A stretch of DNA of 64,000 nucleotides from Podarcis cretensis (Eukaryota). The DNA is taken from contig OX638155.1 in the NCBI GenBank assembly GCA_951804945.1, positions 33,294,001 through 33,358,000 of the forward strand. The letters run 5' to 3'. The position numbers and the translations under genes were made by a program. Positions 1 through 12,830 of the stretch are shown here, piece by piece; positions within the stretch are counted from its first letter, which is position 1, and each line of letters starts with the position of its first letter. Under the pieces are notes generated by a model. That model saw nothing but the letters and a program-made list of their open reading frames with translations, was not told the origin of the DNA and made no database searches.

Positions 1-1200
1 AAAATTATAATTCTGCTGCCAGGTAAATCAGTGGCATCTTTTTAATAGATCAACATATTTTAGTCAACTAATATAACAGTCTATTAATCTAATGGAATAC
101 CTGACTGCATGTTTCAATTCTTATTTTAGTTAAAACTAGGGCAGAATTAATTGTGAAACAGAAAATGACAGCTCAGTGGTAGTGCTGCATATCTTGAACA
201 CAGATAGAGGTCCTGCTTCACTCCTCTCACCAGTGGTTATGATTATGCCTGAAAGAAACCATGATCTGAGGCCAAGATTTCACAGAGGGGGAAATCCCTA
301 TGTAAGGGTTTTCACTTGCGCAACAGGGCTTTCTTTTTCTCCTCCTACAATATGCCCCCCAAATTGTTTCTAAGGTGGTCAGGAGAACCCTCAGAAGAGC
401 ACACCAGGAGAGAAGGGGATTGCTTTCTTTCTTAACCCAATATGCTTGCACAGATAGAACGCTTGTAATGTTGTGATGTTAAATTCCATTAACAATTTTT
501 TCACTAGCGTTATACATTGGTAAGGAAAGGTTAAGCGTATATGGGTGTGTTCCTCTGAATTCAATGGCATAATAGACTTGAGTATTTGACTATTTAATAT
601 CCTGTTTCTTTGTACTTGAAAGATTTGTAGTGGGAGAGAAATGAACAGAAAGATTGTGTTTGTGACTGAAATCCAGCTGCCTTTCATATTAGACCACAGA
701 ATTGTTTAAAAGGGCATTGCAAACAATACCATGTTCAGATGAAGCAACAGCGGATGTTACAGTAAGCAGCAGCATGTCGCTTTCTGCAACAACACATGGC
801 TTAATCCATGTGTTTAACCTTTTGAGTAAACGGCCGAGATAAAAGCACCTTGGAAAGATTTGAATTAGCATAAAAATATGTTAATGTGTTTATTTATTAC
901 CCGCCCTTCACCCTAAGGTCCCAGGGCAGGTTACAACAATTCAAACAGTTTAAAGCAACCTACAGTCACAGAAATAGGTTGGTCCTAAAAGCATACATCT
1001 CAGTTATCAGAAGCCAGGGTAAAGCGGTATACAGGTATGTGTTTGCAGTGGATGAAAAGCCCATTGACAGTCTGCATGAGAGGAGCGGTTTGTGCTGAGC
1101 AAGAGATATTCTGAAGAAGCAGCGCATTAGCTATAGGGCTGTAGCTGTAGAGGAGCATCCTCAAGCAGCACTTTCTAGGTTCTTGTGATGAGGGCTAGAG

Positions 1201-1337
1201 CAGTGTTTCCCAACCTTGGGCCTCCAGCTGTTTTTTGGACTACAACTCCCATCATCCCTAGCTAGCAAGACCAGTGGTCAGGGATGATGGGAATTGTAGT
1301 TCAAAAACAGCTGGAGGCCCAAGGTTGGAAAACACTG
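1201..1337. mobile_element. hAT-type non-autonomous MITE (137 bp, palindromic)
   Basis: Termini cagtgtttcccaacc / ggttggaaaacactg; long internal inverted repeat; perfect 8-bp TSD ggctagag (1193-1200 and 1338-1345). Confidence 0.9.
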
Positions 1338-3998
1338 GGCTAGAGTATAGGGAGGAAAGTTCCCTAATAGCGAAGTGAAGCATACAGTTGCTTAGAGCCA
1401 TCAGGTAATAGGAGAGTTTGCTAGACGCAAAATGCTTCTGCAAGGTTAGTGGCTGCATCAATCACAGTGGATCTCAGCTTTGCAATATTTCCTTTATTAA
1501 ACCTAAATTTGTACTGTAGAAATTCCTTCTTCTCCCAGTCCATTGGAACTCATGGACTGCCTCTCCCTGTATCTACCACTTTTTCAAGAGTTGAAGAACA
1601 CACTTCAATCAGACTGGTCGGGAGGGAGAGAATTGTTTGAAAAAGTATGCTGCATTTTGGTTGGTACCCTGGTGTGGAACTCTCTCACTTTTGAAATTTG
1701 CCTGACTCCCACCCTTTCTTTTTCATTTAATGCCAACTTAAAACATGGTTACTTAGCCAAGACTTTAGCAGTCTTTAAAATGCAGCAGGAATTTTTAGAA
1801 GTTCTGCAGTTTCGTAATTGATTAAATTGTGAACTTTATCTGCTTTTACCTGTGGGTGGATTGTTGTTTGAAATAAAGCTTTGATTGTCCCTATCCTGAG
1901 ATCCTAAGGTGGACTGCAAATAAATAAATAAACATACAGCCACATGAGCAAAACCAACCATGTATGTTCCCCCTAATGTTTCTAAAAACCTGTACATCCA
2001 TACATTCCACGTTGCTACAGCAGTGTTTAAAGGGCACATTCCTTTGCAAATATTTCATGTTAGTAATACATAGGCTTGATGACAAGCACGTGAATTGGGC
2101 CATTTAATGCAAGTGCCAATAAATATCCTTTCCCCCTCGTCTGTTCTTTCTTCATACTAAGTGGTCCTTTAAATAACACCTATTTTTCTATAATTGTTGT
2201 GAGATTTTCGTTCAGCTTATCCCATATTTATGGTATTTGTATAATGCAGTTCAGACAGACCTGCTTTCTCAGATATAGTCCCTCATAAGCCCCCCGTGGT
2301 GGCAGCTCACTGAGGTGTTTCTTCGTTTTCCATCGTAATGTTGCCCACTGCATGCAAAGGGTTTTCATAGGTTCAGTGGAACCTCTCCCTATGTGCAGAC
2401 AATGGTAGGGGCAATTGGGAGACTGTATGTACCTTCCATATCCCAGTTAATCTCTCTTCCTTGTCCTTATGGAAATCCTTTGCTTGTGTGCACTCTTTGC
2501 TAACGGGACTGGATTATTCTCCTTGCTATTTATGGCCTTGCAGGCAGATATTATGTACCAGCATTAAAATAACTCAACATGTGTTTTAACTATTCTACAT
2601 ATTACTTTTTCCAGCACACCAAGGTTTTTAAAGAAAATTGGTCTAATTAAACTTCTGTGCTGTGAGATTTGATAAATCAAGTTTAAGTTGAAGTATATTT
2701 TCTTGGAGAAAAATTGTTCTGAGCCAATTAAAGTGTAATTTCAAGGTAAAGTTCATTTAACTGTGAAGTGGGAACGTTTCTGGAAATGGAAATGTATTTA
2801 TTTATGCTAAATGCACCCCCACACTCCCTATAGCATTAAAATTTCTGAAGGTTAAATATATTTGTTGTAGTAGTATTCTAGATGTAGCTAGCTTTCTAAA
2901 GAAGAAATAATGTGAAGGCTTTTGTTAAATTCAGCAAAGCTCATTAGAGAGTATTAAAAAGATTACATTGAATGTTTGCTCATATCTAAACAGCAGAATT
3001 CAAAATATGACTGCTCTTCTGTTTAGTGTGAAGTTAAAGCTGAGAAATATATAAAAGGCTATGTAAATTTCAGCTTAAGGGTAAATTAAGCCAATATTTG
3101 ATGTGCGGTTCTAAATAACAGTCCCCCAGTTCCTATCTACGTTTCATGAAGATTTTGCAAAAAATGACAAAGTTATTAAATAACGTTACCATACCAAATA
3201 ATATGTCAAAAAATATTTGTGTTTTTCTGCTGAGACCAGCAGAGTTTTACCTTTGCTATCCTTGCAGATATTTGAGTAGACGGATCTGTACATGTTCATT
3301 CTACAATGTAGAGATAGCAGCTAGTGGTGGTGTATGATTATAAGAAACCGGTCATGTTGCTTTGCCATTAAATATTGGACCAAATATGTCAAATTACCTG
3401 AATATTTTTTCATACTTTGGTTTTTTTAAAAAAGTAAAGAAAGTTTAAAAAAGCAAACCTACAAGGTTTCCTTAAACTTCATATATGGTGGTAAAAAATC
3501 CTCTCTTTTGCTTGCTGTTGTTTTCTTTAGTACTATACCAGTCCCATTATCTAATCTCCTTAATGCTGATATTATGGATGCACAGGCAAAGCATACTGCT
3601 GGATACTGTTTCAGTATTCACAGTTTAACATTTAGTATCATCTGTTGAAATACAGTGTGGTTTGTTGTGCCCTCGTTGACGGCTCATGCATAGCCACTGT
3701 TTTGTAAATGCCACTCCAGTAGAATTCCATTCCAATTGCCACCAGCAATGTTTTCACAAGATGTCCACCAACGTAACTGCTATGGCATGACCGAACATGA
3801 AAAATGCCTATTAGGTTTTCTTGCAGGAGGTAGCAATGTATCACTGGGTGGGGCTCAGAGGACTGGCATGCACATTTCCTTGGCACTGGAGGTCTGAGTT
3901 TGCAGCACTATGCTAATGCAGTTAATATAGCAATGCTTTTTTTATATATTACCCAAACTAATATTTTCTTCATGATGACTGGAGAAAATACCATAAAT

Positions 3999-5088
3999 CA
4001 GGGTAGGGAACCTGCGGCTTTCCAACTGTTGTCAGACTTTAATTCCTGGCTAGTATGGTCTATTGCCAGTGACTATTTATTTCATTTGCAATCTGTTAGA
4101 AAAACTTACATACCGACTTTTATGTAAGCATCAAGATACAATAAAAATTCCACAGATGTAAACTAAAACAGCGAACTGGTTTCATGCACCCTGTGTTGCC
4201 AGGCAGCTGTAGCCAGGAATGGCAAGCTCTGCCAGAGGAAGAGGAGGACCCTAAGATGGGCGCAGGGGAGAAAGTTTGAATAGTGATCTGGATGCAGCTT
4301 CTGCCCCAGGGTCATTGGATGTCCCATTTGGGGAGTTGGAAACAGTCAAACCAGTTTCACCATGCCTCCAGAGAGTGAGGCACCTATAGTAGCCAGCTGG
4401 CCAATCTGCAGAGCTGGCCAGATCAGAAGCAGCCAAAGTGTTGGACTTGAGTCCTGTTGCCAAGGGCACACTGCCATCAGTGCAGACTCAGCCCTCCGCC
4501 CTCCAACTAGAGCAAGCAGACCTGTGCAAATTATGGGTTCTACACCTCTAAAAGTATAGCAGGAGCAGCAGGTCAGGTGTTGGGATGTCTTTGCTTATGC
4601 CTTGTGATGAATCATGGATTCTGCAGTTGTGCATTTTGAACCTTGTAACGTAATTCTGGGCTGATGCAGAGATGGCTTGCTGATGTTGTCAACAAAACTT
4701 TTGGGATATCCTAGCCAAGAGTCTTGAGTCAGGATAACAGGGAAACAGTCAGCAGAAAATACGTTCAGGTCCACTGAATGCCTGCCTGAATAAAAATGAT
4801 ATTGATTTCTTGTGGAAGCAAGCTACTGTATAGGCTTACTGAAGATGAGCGCCGCACCCCATAGTCAAGGACTGGACTTAATCATCCAGGGGTCCTTTAC
4901 CTTTTACAGGAGCACTTGGGGGAGATCCTTCCACAACACAGATACTACAATTGAAAATGGTTCCTTCCTTTTTGCCACCTAATGAGTAAAAGCAGATTGT
5001 GGCACAACCAAGAGAGACTCATCAAAAGATCACAGGTGATGAGTTGTAGCCCACCATCATCTAGAGGACTACAGGTTCCCCATCCCTG
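3999..5088. mobile_element. Old hAT MITE split by about 1 kb of nested insertions
   Basis: Left end cagggtagggaacctg at 3999 and right end caggttccccatccctg at 5088; flanks ccataaat / tcataaat (7/8 match, degenerate TSD). Confidence 0.55.
4843..4906 (+). mobile_element. Sauria SINE 3' fragment
   Basis: gatgagcgccgcacccc...ggactt...caggggtcctttacctttta matches the 3' tail of the full Sauria copies in this window. Confidence 0.65.
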
Positions 5089-5360
5089 TCATAAATTATA
5101 TCTGAGTACAGGAAGGTGATCTATTGACTACATATCACATCAGGCCAAGCTTTGCCATTACATCTTACAAGTATGCTACTACAGTTTTTGGTAGATAGTA
5201 AATGCTGTAGCTGGGGTATGCTAAGCTACAGCATGAAATTGGTGCATTTTTGTAAGCTTCTTCAGTAAATGCTACTTAAGATATTAAGTAATGCAATGAA
5301 ATATGAAGGTTGCTGCGCCATTCAAGGAAAATAATATTTGCTTTTAAAAATGCCTTTTAG

Positions 5361-5457
5361 GAAAGCACAAGAAGAAAAAAAGAAAGTTGTTCTAGCTGGA
5401 TGTGTTCCACAAGCCCAGCCTCGACAAGACTACCTACAAGGCCTGAGTATCATTGGG
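5361..5457 (+). CDS. CDKAL1: CDKAL1 internal coding exon (equivalent to human exon 6); C-terminal part of the MTTase N-terminal (UPF0004) domain
   Basis: Acceptor ccttttag|g and donor ggg|gtaag; 97 nt. Translates (g)[32 protein letters not shown], recognisable as CDKAL1 (human [32 protein letters not shown] from memory), with the AGC motif of methylthiotransferases. Confidence 0.97.
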
Positions 5458-7605
5458 GTAAGGATGTAGCATTGTTAAAACCTAAGCCTCAAACTTTAAC
5501 TCAAGAGCTTTAATAATGTAACAATATTGAGGTTTCGTGTGCCAGTGTAATATCACTGGTTTTGGCTTACTTGCGCCTCTAGAGAACGAAGGCAGGAGTA
5601 GCTTACAGGAAATAAACTGGCCCCTCTTCAGTTTTCTCTCCTGCCTCAACGAAGCAGTCACAACCCTCTAGAGCAGATTTTGGGGTGGCAAACTTGTGGC
5701 ATCAGTAATGCACCTCCAAAACATGACTTCAGAAGGACTTGTACACCTATATGTGCTTGCAAGTCAGGCACAAGCATACTCATTCACTTCTAGGGTTCTT
5801 TATATACCTGTAACTACTTCTAACTAAGGCAAATACAGAAATAAAACATTCTGAAAGTGCCATTTTTGCTAGCGTTTGAGGCAAGGAGAAAAGGCAGTAG
5901 AATATATATGATCACTAAGCTGATCCTGACAAACTGAAGAGAACTAGTGGCAGACCTGTTATCAGCATCAGCTTCAATTAATATAATGAGCATTGTACAT
6001 AAAGTTAAATGAAGCATGCTACCCAAAGGGGTTTAACAAACAAACCCAGAGAGAAAACAAATACATGAAACTGTAGTAGAAGCTGACCTGAAAATTTGGA
6101 ACTAGAGGCTGGGAGTTATATATAGTGGAGATAACAATTAAAAGTGTGTGTGTGTGGTTGTGTTATGTTATGGCATGTTTGTATACCTCTTTTTGGCCCA
6201 AATATCCCCAGAACGATGAACAGCATATTAATAAAAAAGAAATATGCAACACTGGTACAATAAATACAGGCAATGACCATTATAGGGGCATCCAATTGAC
6301 GCGCCATCGCTGATGCATGGGTCCTTTTGGACCCAGAAGAAGGCAGAATGGGGTGTGCTTATACACACTCTGCTGATGCATGTGGGGGCCAGGAAAAGTG
6401 TACCTGCACAACATAAATATAAAACACAATATAAAACTGCAAAATCGCAAAATATTCATCAATCACCCTGGGCATGTATTCAGAATACCGGTTAATTTCT
6501 GTGGCAAAGAAACAGAAAAAAAACATGGATCAAGCTACTCCTCTTTCCCACCTAGGAGTACAAACCTCCCTCTCTCCTCTTACTTGGGGGGACAGATTCC
6601 ACCAACAGGCTCTCATCCTGAGGCAGAAAACGCTTCTTACATTGCAGTCAGCCAACCAGCAGACAAAATTATCATTAACGCCACATTATAATAAATAGAG
6701 CCTTGAGAGGAAATGGGAGAAATCTTACAAACCTGGCATACATCACCCATTGCCCACCTGTCTTCCAATCAGGGGGAGCAAGATACACAGCAGCAACCTC
6801 CCATCTTCTTTCAGCAGGTAATAAACATCCCAAGTAACACTGCAATATTATATAAGAACGTAGCTAAGGGGTGGGTGGAGAGATTAGGTCAACAAGCTAA
6901 AACTCAAAAAAGAGGTGACCCTGAAGTGTGTGTGCATTGTGCGCTCTCTCTCTCTCGCTGTGTGTGTGTGTGTGTATTCGTGTACATGTACACCATACCT
7001 GTCTTCATTGCTAGAATTGGAATTATACAAGCCAATTGTGCAAGGGAAGTGGTGGTGTTGGATTTTCTGGGCATCTGTAGGTGTTTGCTTGTGGGTTACT
7101 GATCTAAGGAATTTGCTACAGGAGAGGCAGGTAGGAGTGTAAGTCTGAATTTGTAGCCAGATTTGGTGTCCCATCCTGTTTTTTATCCAGATCTGCTATT
7201 AATCCCATCAGACCAAGCGACTTTGCTACTCATGCATTAATATATCAGTTTGCTGCTTTGTATAAATGCTCCTTGTCTTGGTGGTCTGAAACTTGCACCC
7301 GTCTTCTCTTTGGATTCAGTTATTTCCTCAGTTTCTTTATTATTATGCAATAAGTTGCTGTACACCGACCTTTACCTTGGATAATTGCTAAAAGAGTACA
7401 ATAGCTAGCTTGTGGCATTAGGATTTGTTTCCCCACCCACTTGCGCAGGAGTAAAATGCTGTCTTTCCTATATTACAAGCAAAAAAAAAAAAACCAGATT
7501 CAGCAAAATGTATGTTTCTTCTCTATGTGAATTAAATGCCTAGAGAATGAGAACCGTCCAAAAACCATCAGAATATCCACATTGTAATTTTTTAAATCTT
7601 TACAG

Positions 7606-7654
7606 GTTCAGCAGATAGATCGTGTCGTAGAAGTTGTTGAGGAGACGATCAAAG
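7606..7654 (+). CDS. CDKAL1: CDKAL1 internal coding exon (equivalent to human exon 7)
   Basis: Acceptor tctttacag| and donor aaag|gtaagc; 49 nt, VQQIDRVVEVVEETIK(G); the phase joins the previous and next exons in frame. Confidence 0.97.
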
Positions 7655-7974
7655 GTAAGCTTTTCACCTGAAATGATTGTGTCTTCATTCTTTCCAGTGC
7701 TCATTACTGACTTTGAACACATAGACCCCATAAGCAGCCTTACTGCTGAAATATATCATGTATGTACTGTAAATAATGACTGAACTGTAAACATATGCTG
7801 AATATATTAGAAAAATCTGTAGAAAACTTAGCCATATCAATATAGAAATGCACAATTTTAGATCTTTGGTCATTCTCTTCCCCACCCTTCCCCGCCCCTC
7901 AGTGCTTCTTTTACTACTATTTCATGATATGGGCATTGGCCAATATGACTTACTTCACAATCTGATCATGAGTA

Positions 7975-8679
7975 CCGTATTTTTCGCCCTATAGGACGCA
8001 CTTTTTCCCCTCCAAAAATGAAGGGGAAATATTGTGTGCGTCCTATGGGGCGAGTGCAGGCTTTGGCTGAAGCCTGGAGAGCGAGAGAGGTCGGTGCACA
8101 CCGACCCCTCTAGCTCTCCAGGCTTCAGGAAACTATCCGCAAGCCTGCGGAGCCCGGCGGGAACTCTGCGGGCTCCGAAGGCTTGCGGATAGCTGCCTGC
8201 AGCTCGAAGCCCGGGGAGCGCGGCACTGTGCACCCCGGGCTTAGGGCAGCTATCCGCAAGCCTGCAGAGCCCGGCGGGAGTTCCCACCGGGCACCGCAGG
8301 CTTGCGGATAGCTGCCCTAAGCCTGGGGTGCGCAGCGGGCTTCGGATAGCAGCAAGCTCCAGGAGCAATGGCGAGGTTGAGCGCTCCCGGACCCGTTCTG
8401 GGGGCTGGGGTTGGGGGAAGCTCAGGCTTCCCCCGCCCCCAGCTCCGGGAGCGATGGCGAGGTTGAGCGCAACCTCGCCTTCGCTCCCAGACCCCCAGCC
8501 CCGAGGCTAAAAACGAAGCCAAGACAGCTAGTGGGATCCATCCCGCTCGCTGTCATGGTTTCTTTGCTCTTTGGGGCTCGGGGAAAATTTTTTTTTTCTT
8601 TATTTCCCCCCCCCCAAAAAAAAAAATATTAAAAAATGCGCCCTATGGGCCGGTGCACCCTATAGGGCGAAAAATACGG
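7975..8679. mobile_element. Tc1/mariner-superfamily (Tc2/pogo-like, CCGTA termini) non-autonomous DNA transposon with GC-rich interior
   Basis: Perfect 21-bp TIR ccgtatttttcgccctatagg at both ends, extending to 27 bp with 2 mismatches; TA TSD at 7973-7974 and 8680-8681; no transposase ORF. Confidence 0.9.
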
Positions 8680-11600
8680 TACATGTCCAGTAGAAGAAAA
8701 GCTATATTTGTGTTTAGTATTTAAGATATTTGGGGAAGGGAACTGCATTCTTTTTTGTAAAGTTCCATGCTCACTGAATCCTCAATGATCATTGAAATAA
8801 TGATTCTATAGATTATTTTTTTATTCACTCTTGCCTAACAACTTACAGTCCCATACAGAGTATCATTCTGAGAATCTCAGCACTTTTATACTGCCACGTT
8901 TGTTTGTTTATTTTTATTATTTATTCCACTTGTTGCATTTTACAAAAAGAGTCCCATAGTGTCTTAACAAGATAAAATACAACCAATAAAAACAAAGCCA
9001 GAAAATTTGAAGCAGTTTATGATACTAATGCCTAAAATGCTTTTCCGATTACATAATAATAGCAAGCCTACCCACCCTGCTCAAAGATGAGCCGGCTTAG
9101 AGCCGGCTCTAGAGGCTGGCTTAGCTACCCAAGGCGTAAGTGAATAAAAAGGTGTTAGCCTAATGCCTAAAAACTGATTGTGCCAGGTGCGTTTCCCTGA
9201 TGAGGCCATTCTTCAGATGGGGCCACCACTAAAAAGGTTTGTTCTCATGTGGCTACCTTCTGCTATTCTCTCAGGTGAGGCATATAAAGAAGAGAATGAT
9301 GAAGACATGATAATGAAGCATAATGGAGAATGTACTTTTGATTCTGCCCTTGTTGCCAGTGCCGTCACAAAATTATGTCAGATCCTTTTGATACTTTAAT
9401 ACTGCAAACACTATCAGGCTTAAATATTTTAAATAAAATTAATTAGCTTCCTGCAGGAAAATCAAATGCCATCATGCATATAAAGTGCACCCCTATGGGA
9501 TTAAGGGGAAACTAGACTTTGTGACTAAAACTGTTTCAGTCTAAGAGTATTTCACAAAACATTTTGTGAAATGGGTCACTGGACAGGATTGTTGAAAACA
9601 AGTCAAAGGAAATAACTTCAATGATGTTGGACTTTTCAGACTTCATATACGCTTACTAAGTTTCAGTCACATTAATGTGTCTAGTAATATGGTCTATGTT
9701 CCTAGTTTAAATATTAACTAACATTTGCTAACTGCTAGCTACCAGTCTATTTTATTATTGTTGATTGCTAAAAGTTTATGTGATTTGTGTGTGTGTTGTA
9801 TAGCCTAATGAATAATGCTTTTACTGGCATGGCGTTTGTTAGCAGTTTGTTTGTTTTAATATTTATGTAATGGCTTTCATAATATTTATTTCAGGGTGGT
9901 TAAGAGTAGAAGTATCAAAGTGCTCTCTTACATTCTCTGTGGGCTGTTTTCCGCGATACATTTTTTTAACAGTGAGATCACTGTCCTTTGAAAAAAGCAT
10001 GTACAATCAATGTGTGAAGAAGCACGTATATATTTTGTCACGTGTGCATGTGTTGAAAACCTATGTCTTATTTCAGCATTCTGTTGCATGTGCATGTAGC
10101 AAAATAGTCATGTAATTTCTTCACACTCAATGTTTTAAAATCACTGTGGATATTTCTTCCTATATGGTAGTGAAATCCAAGTAGTAAAAACCCATCAGTC
10201 ACTCATGTGTGCATTCAGTTAACTTGTTACTTCCTACTTCCATTTCTACTCCAGAATATGGAAGGATGCTCTCCTTTTAAACTTTCTGTAGCCATGGTAA
10301 ATTAAATAAAACTAGTAAATTAAGCTTTAAAATAAAATGCTAACATCTTTGAAACATAATAATAGAACTGGCATTGAAACGAAACACCTAGCTGGAGAAG
10401 AGAGGAAGATAACGTTGTAGATAGCTTGTGGAAATCTGGTCGGTCGTACAAATAGAAAAAGTAGACATTGTCATAGTGGGTATTACTGGAGGTAGTGTTA
10501 TTAATGGGAGAGTTTTATATAAAGGATATTGGTGGAATGGGAGGACAAATGATGTGCTCCCACCTATCCAAAAAACATTAGCAAAAGAGATGGAAAGGAT
10601 AGTGGGTAACTTTGAATTGATGGTGTGAATATTCAAACTCCAATTCCAGATCAAAAAAGAGGGTGTTACATATGTGTTTAGTTGGAGCACTGGGAAACTA
10701 TAGTTAATTAGAGACTTCCCGGTTTAATTACAGCTAGTGGAAGGGGAGGACCAAAGGAGTTGTGTTCATCGGTTAAAGTTTTCATAGCTTGTCTTTTTAA
10801 ATTTAGACATTCTCACCATATCACAGCCATAGTGTGGGCAGCCAATGACACGCTCTGTGTAGCCTTTCTTGTTGATGTTCATTAGTCACATGAAAAATAT
10901 TAAATACAATATTTATTCACTATGTGAATAAGAAGAGTGGATTGCTTATTAATTGAATTAATACTAATTAATTACTGCTTAGCTTAAACAGCATTCTGTA
11001 GTGAGAGAGGGTTTATATAGACAACCAATTTTTCCCTTTCATGTTATGACAGTTGCAATACATTTTGATGGTATGAATCCAGTACTGTCTCTCACAGTAT
11101 TCACCAGATTTATATTTATTTGCCTTGCTTGACAGGGGAGAGGGTTGTCATGTCTGATGGCTTTATGTTCAATATAAGCTTTATTGTTTGCCTGAGTACT
11201 TGTATGCGAAGCAAGTTGCCGTCTTCCTTTAGTGCTTCTGACTTTTGTGTAGCAAGAGGGTGCTTGGCATATTTGCAGGCAGTGCGCTGTCACGAGTCCA
11301 TGTGCTTCTGGTTGTAAACAGTAGCAGCAATATTAACATGCTCTAATCTGAAATCTGATATTCAGTGCCCTTCACATGGTCATTTTGTTGTCTTTTTCTC
11401 GGGCAGCAACCAAATGTTCTGCTCTGTTTTTCGGAATAGAGAATGGCTTGAATCCATGTAATATTAGTCACACTGATTGATTGCATTTTAGTTTGCTTTT
11501 TGGTCCCTCAAAACTCACAAGAGACCAATAACAAACAAGATAATCCCCGTCGGCAGACTTAGATTCTAAAAGTCACAACACATAGGAAAAATGGATTGTG

Positions 11601-12613
11601 AGGGAAGATGAACTAACACTTCATGTAGATGGGATCTTAACTGTGACTAACTTGCTCTGGATCCAGCTCAGTGTATAACAGTTGTAAAACACTGAAAAAA
11701 ATGCCATGTGTTCAGCATATCAAATGACTATGTTTTGGTTTCCCTTGAGAGTTCACTTATCTGCTGGCTTCTGAAGCTGGCAGATAGGACCTCCCTTATT
11801 CAGATGAAATGCCTTTTTAAAAGCTTTCCCTACATCATTTTAAGATTCGTAACATAACTTTTTCTTACTTACACTTGAATTCGCTACAAAAGAGATCACA
11901 GATAACAGCATTACAAAAGGAACTCAGTATGTTAGCTTTCGAAAATAGCTTTTTTATTTTTTAAAGGGAAGGATTCTATTTATCTGCAGCTTTCTGGAGC
12001 TCTGTAAAAATATGTATTGATAGTTAGGTTAGGAAGCTGGAGCATGGAATTTCTGCCTGTACTAGGCTTCCAGTAGGCCATGCCCCTAAAACTCTTCAAA
12101 ATATCATTAATTAACCAGTCCAACTCTGAACTGGATCCAAACATGCAGAGCAATCCTAATAGGATCTGGGGAAGTGCAGAGGGGTAGAGACTCTAATGCA
12201 TGTAATGTTATGCTGAATCCTGCCAACCACAAGGGAGGAGACAGGAACTGTGCTCCTTGATGAATCCCTGGAGCTTTGGATCTCATAGATTAGGGTTTTC
12301 TGTGTGTTAGCATAGCAGAAAAGCTGGTAGCAGCTTTCAGGGCACAGCTTTGGGCCTACATGTTATCCTAATGCCCACAGCCATCACCATCAGGGGGTTA
12401 GGATTGTACCTTTAGTCAGGTTTAATAGTAGACTCAAATCAACAGGAATAATCATTAAGCCCTGTCAGCTTTCAGTGTGTCTAGACTAAGCTTGCCAAAG
12501 TCTGGATCCAACCCACTGTATTGAAATGGACTGAACTAGGCGTTCTTATATTTCCTTTAACTCGCATTCCCACAGGCCACAATCCAGCACAGATATAGGT
12601 AAGCACAGAGCTT

Positions 12614-12830
12614 ATAGAATCACACCATTGTAAAGTTGGAAGGGACTCTGAGGTTCATCTGGTCCAGCCCCTTCAATGCAGCATTTTCAACTAATGCATT
12701 CATGACTGATGGCCACCCAACCTCTGCTTAAAAACCTCCAATGAAGCAGAGTTCACCACCTTCCAAGGGAGTCTTTTCCATTATCTGACAGCTCTTACTG
12801 TCAGAAAGCTCTTTTTGATGTCTAGCTGGA
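12614..12830 (-). mobile_element. Degenerate CR1 LINE 3' end
   Basis: atagaatc...agttggaagggac...aaaaacctccaatgaag...cagctcttactgtcagaaag is the reverse complement of the CR1 3' end seen at about 50100-50315. Confidence 0.75.

Noticed and set aside
8060-8500. Repeated palindromes as a CRISPR-like array
   Set aside because: Units are irregular, have no unique spacers, lie inside TIRs in a vertebrate intron, and no cas genes are present.
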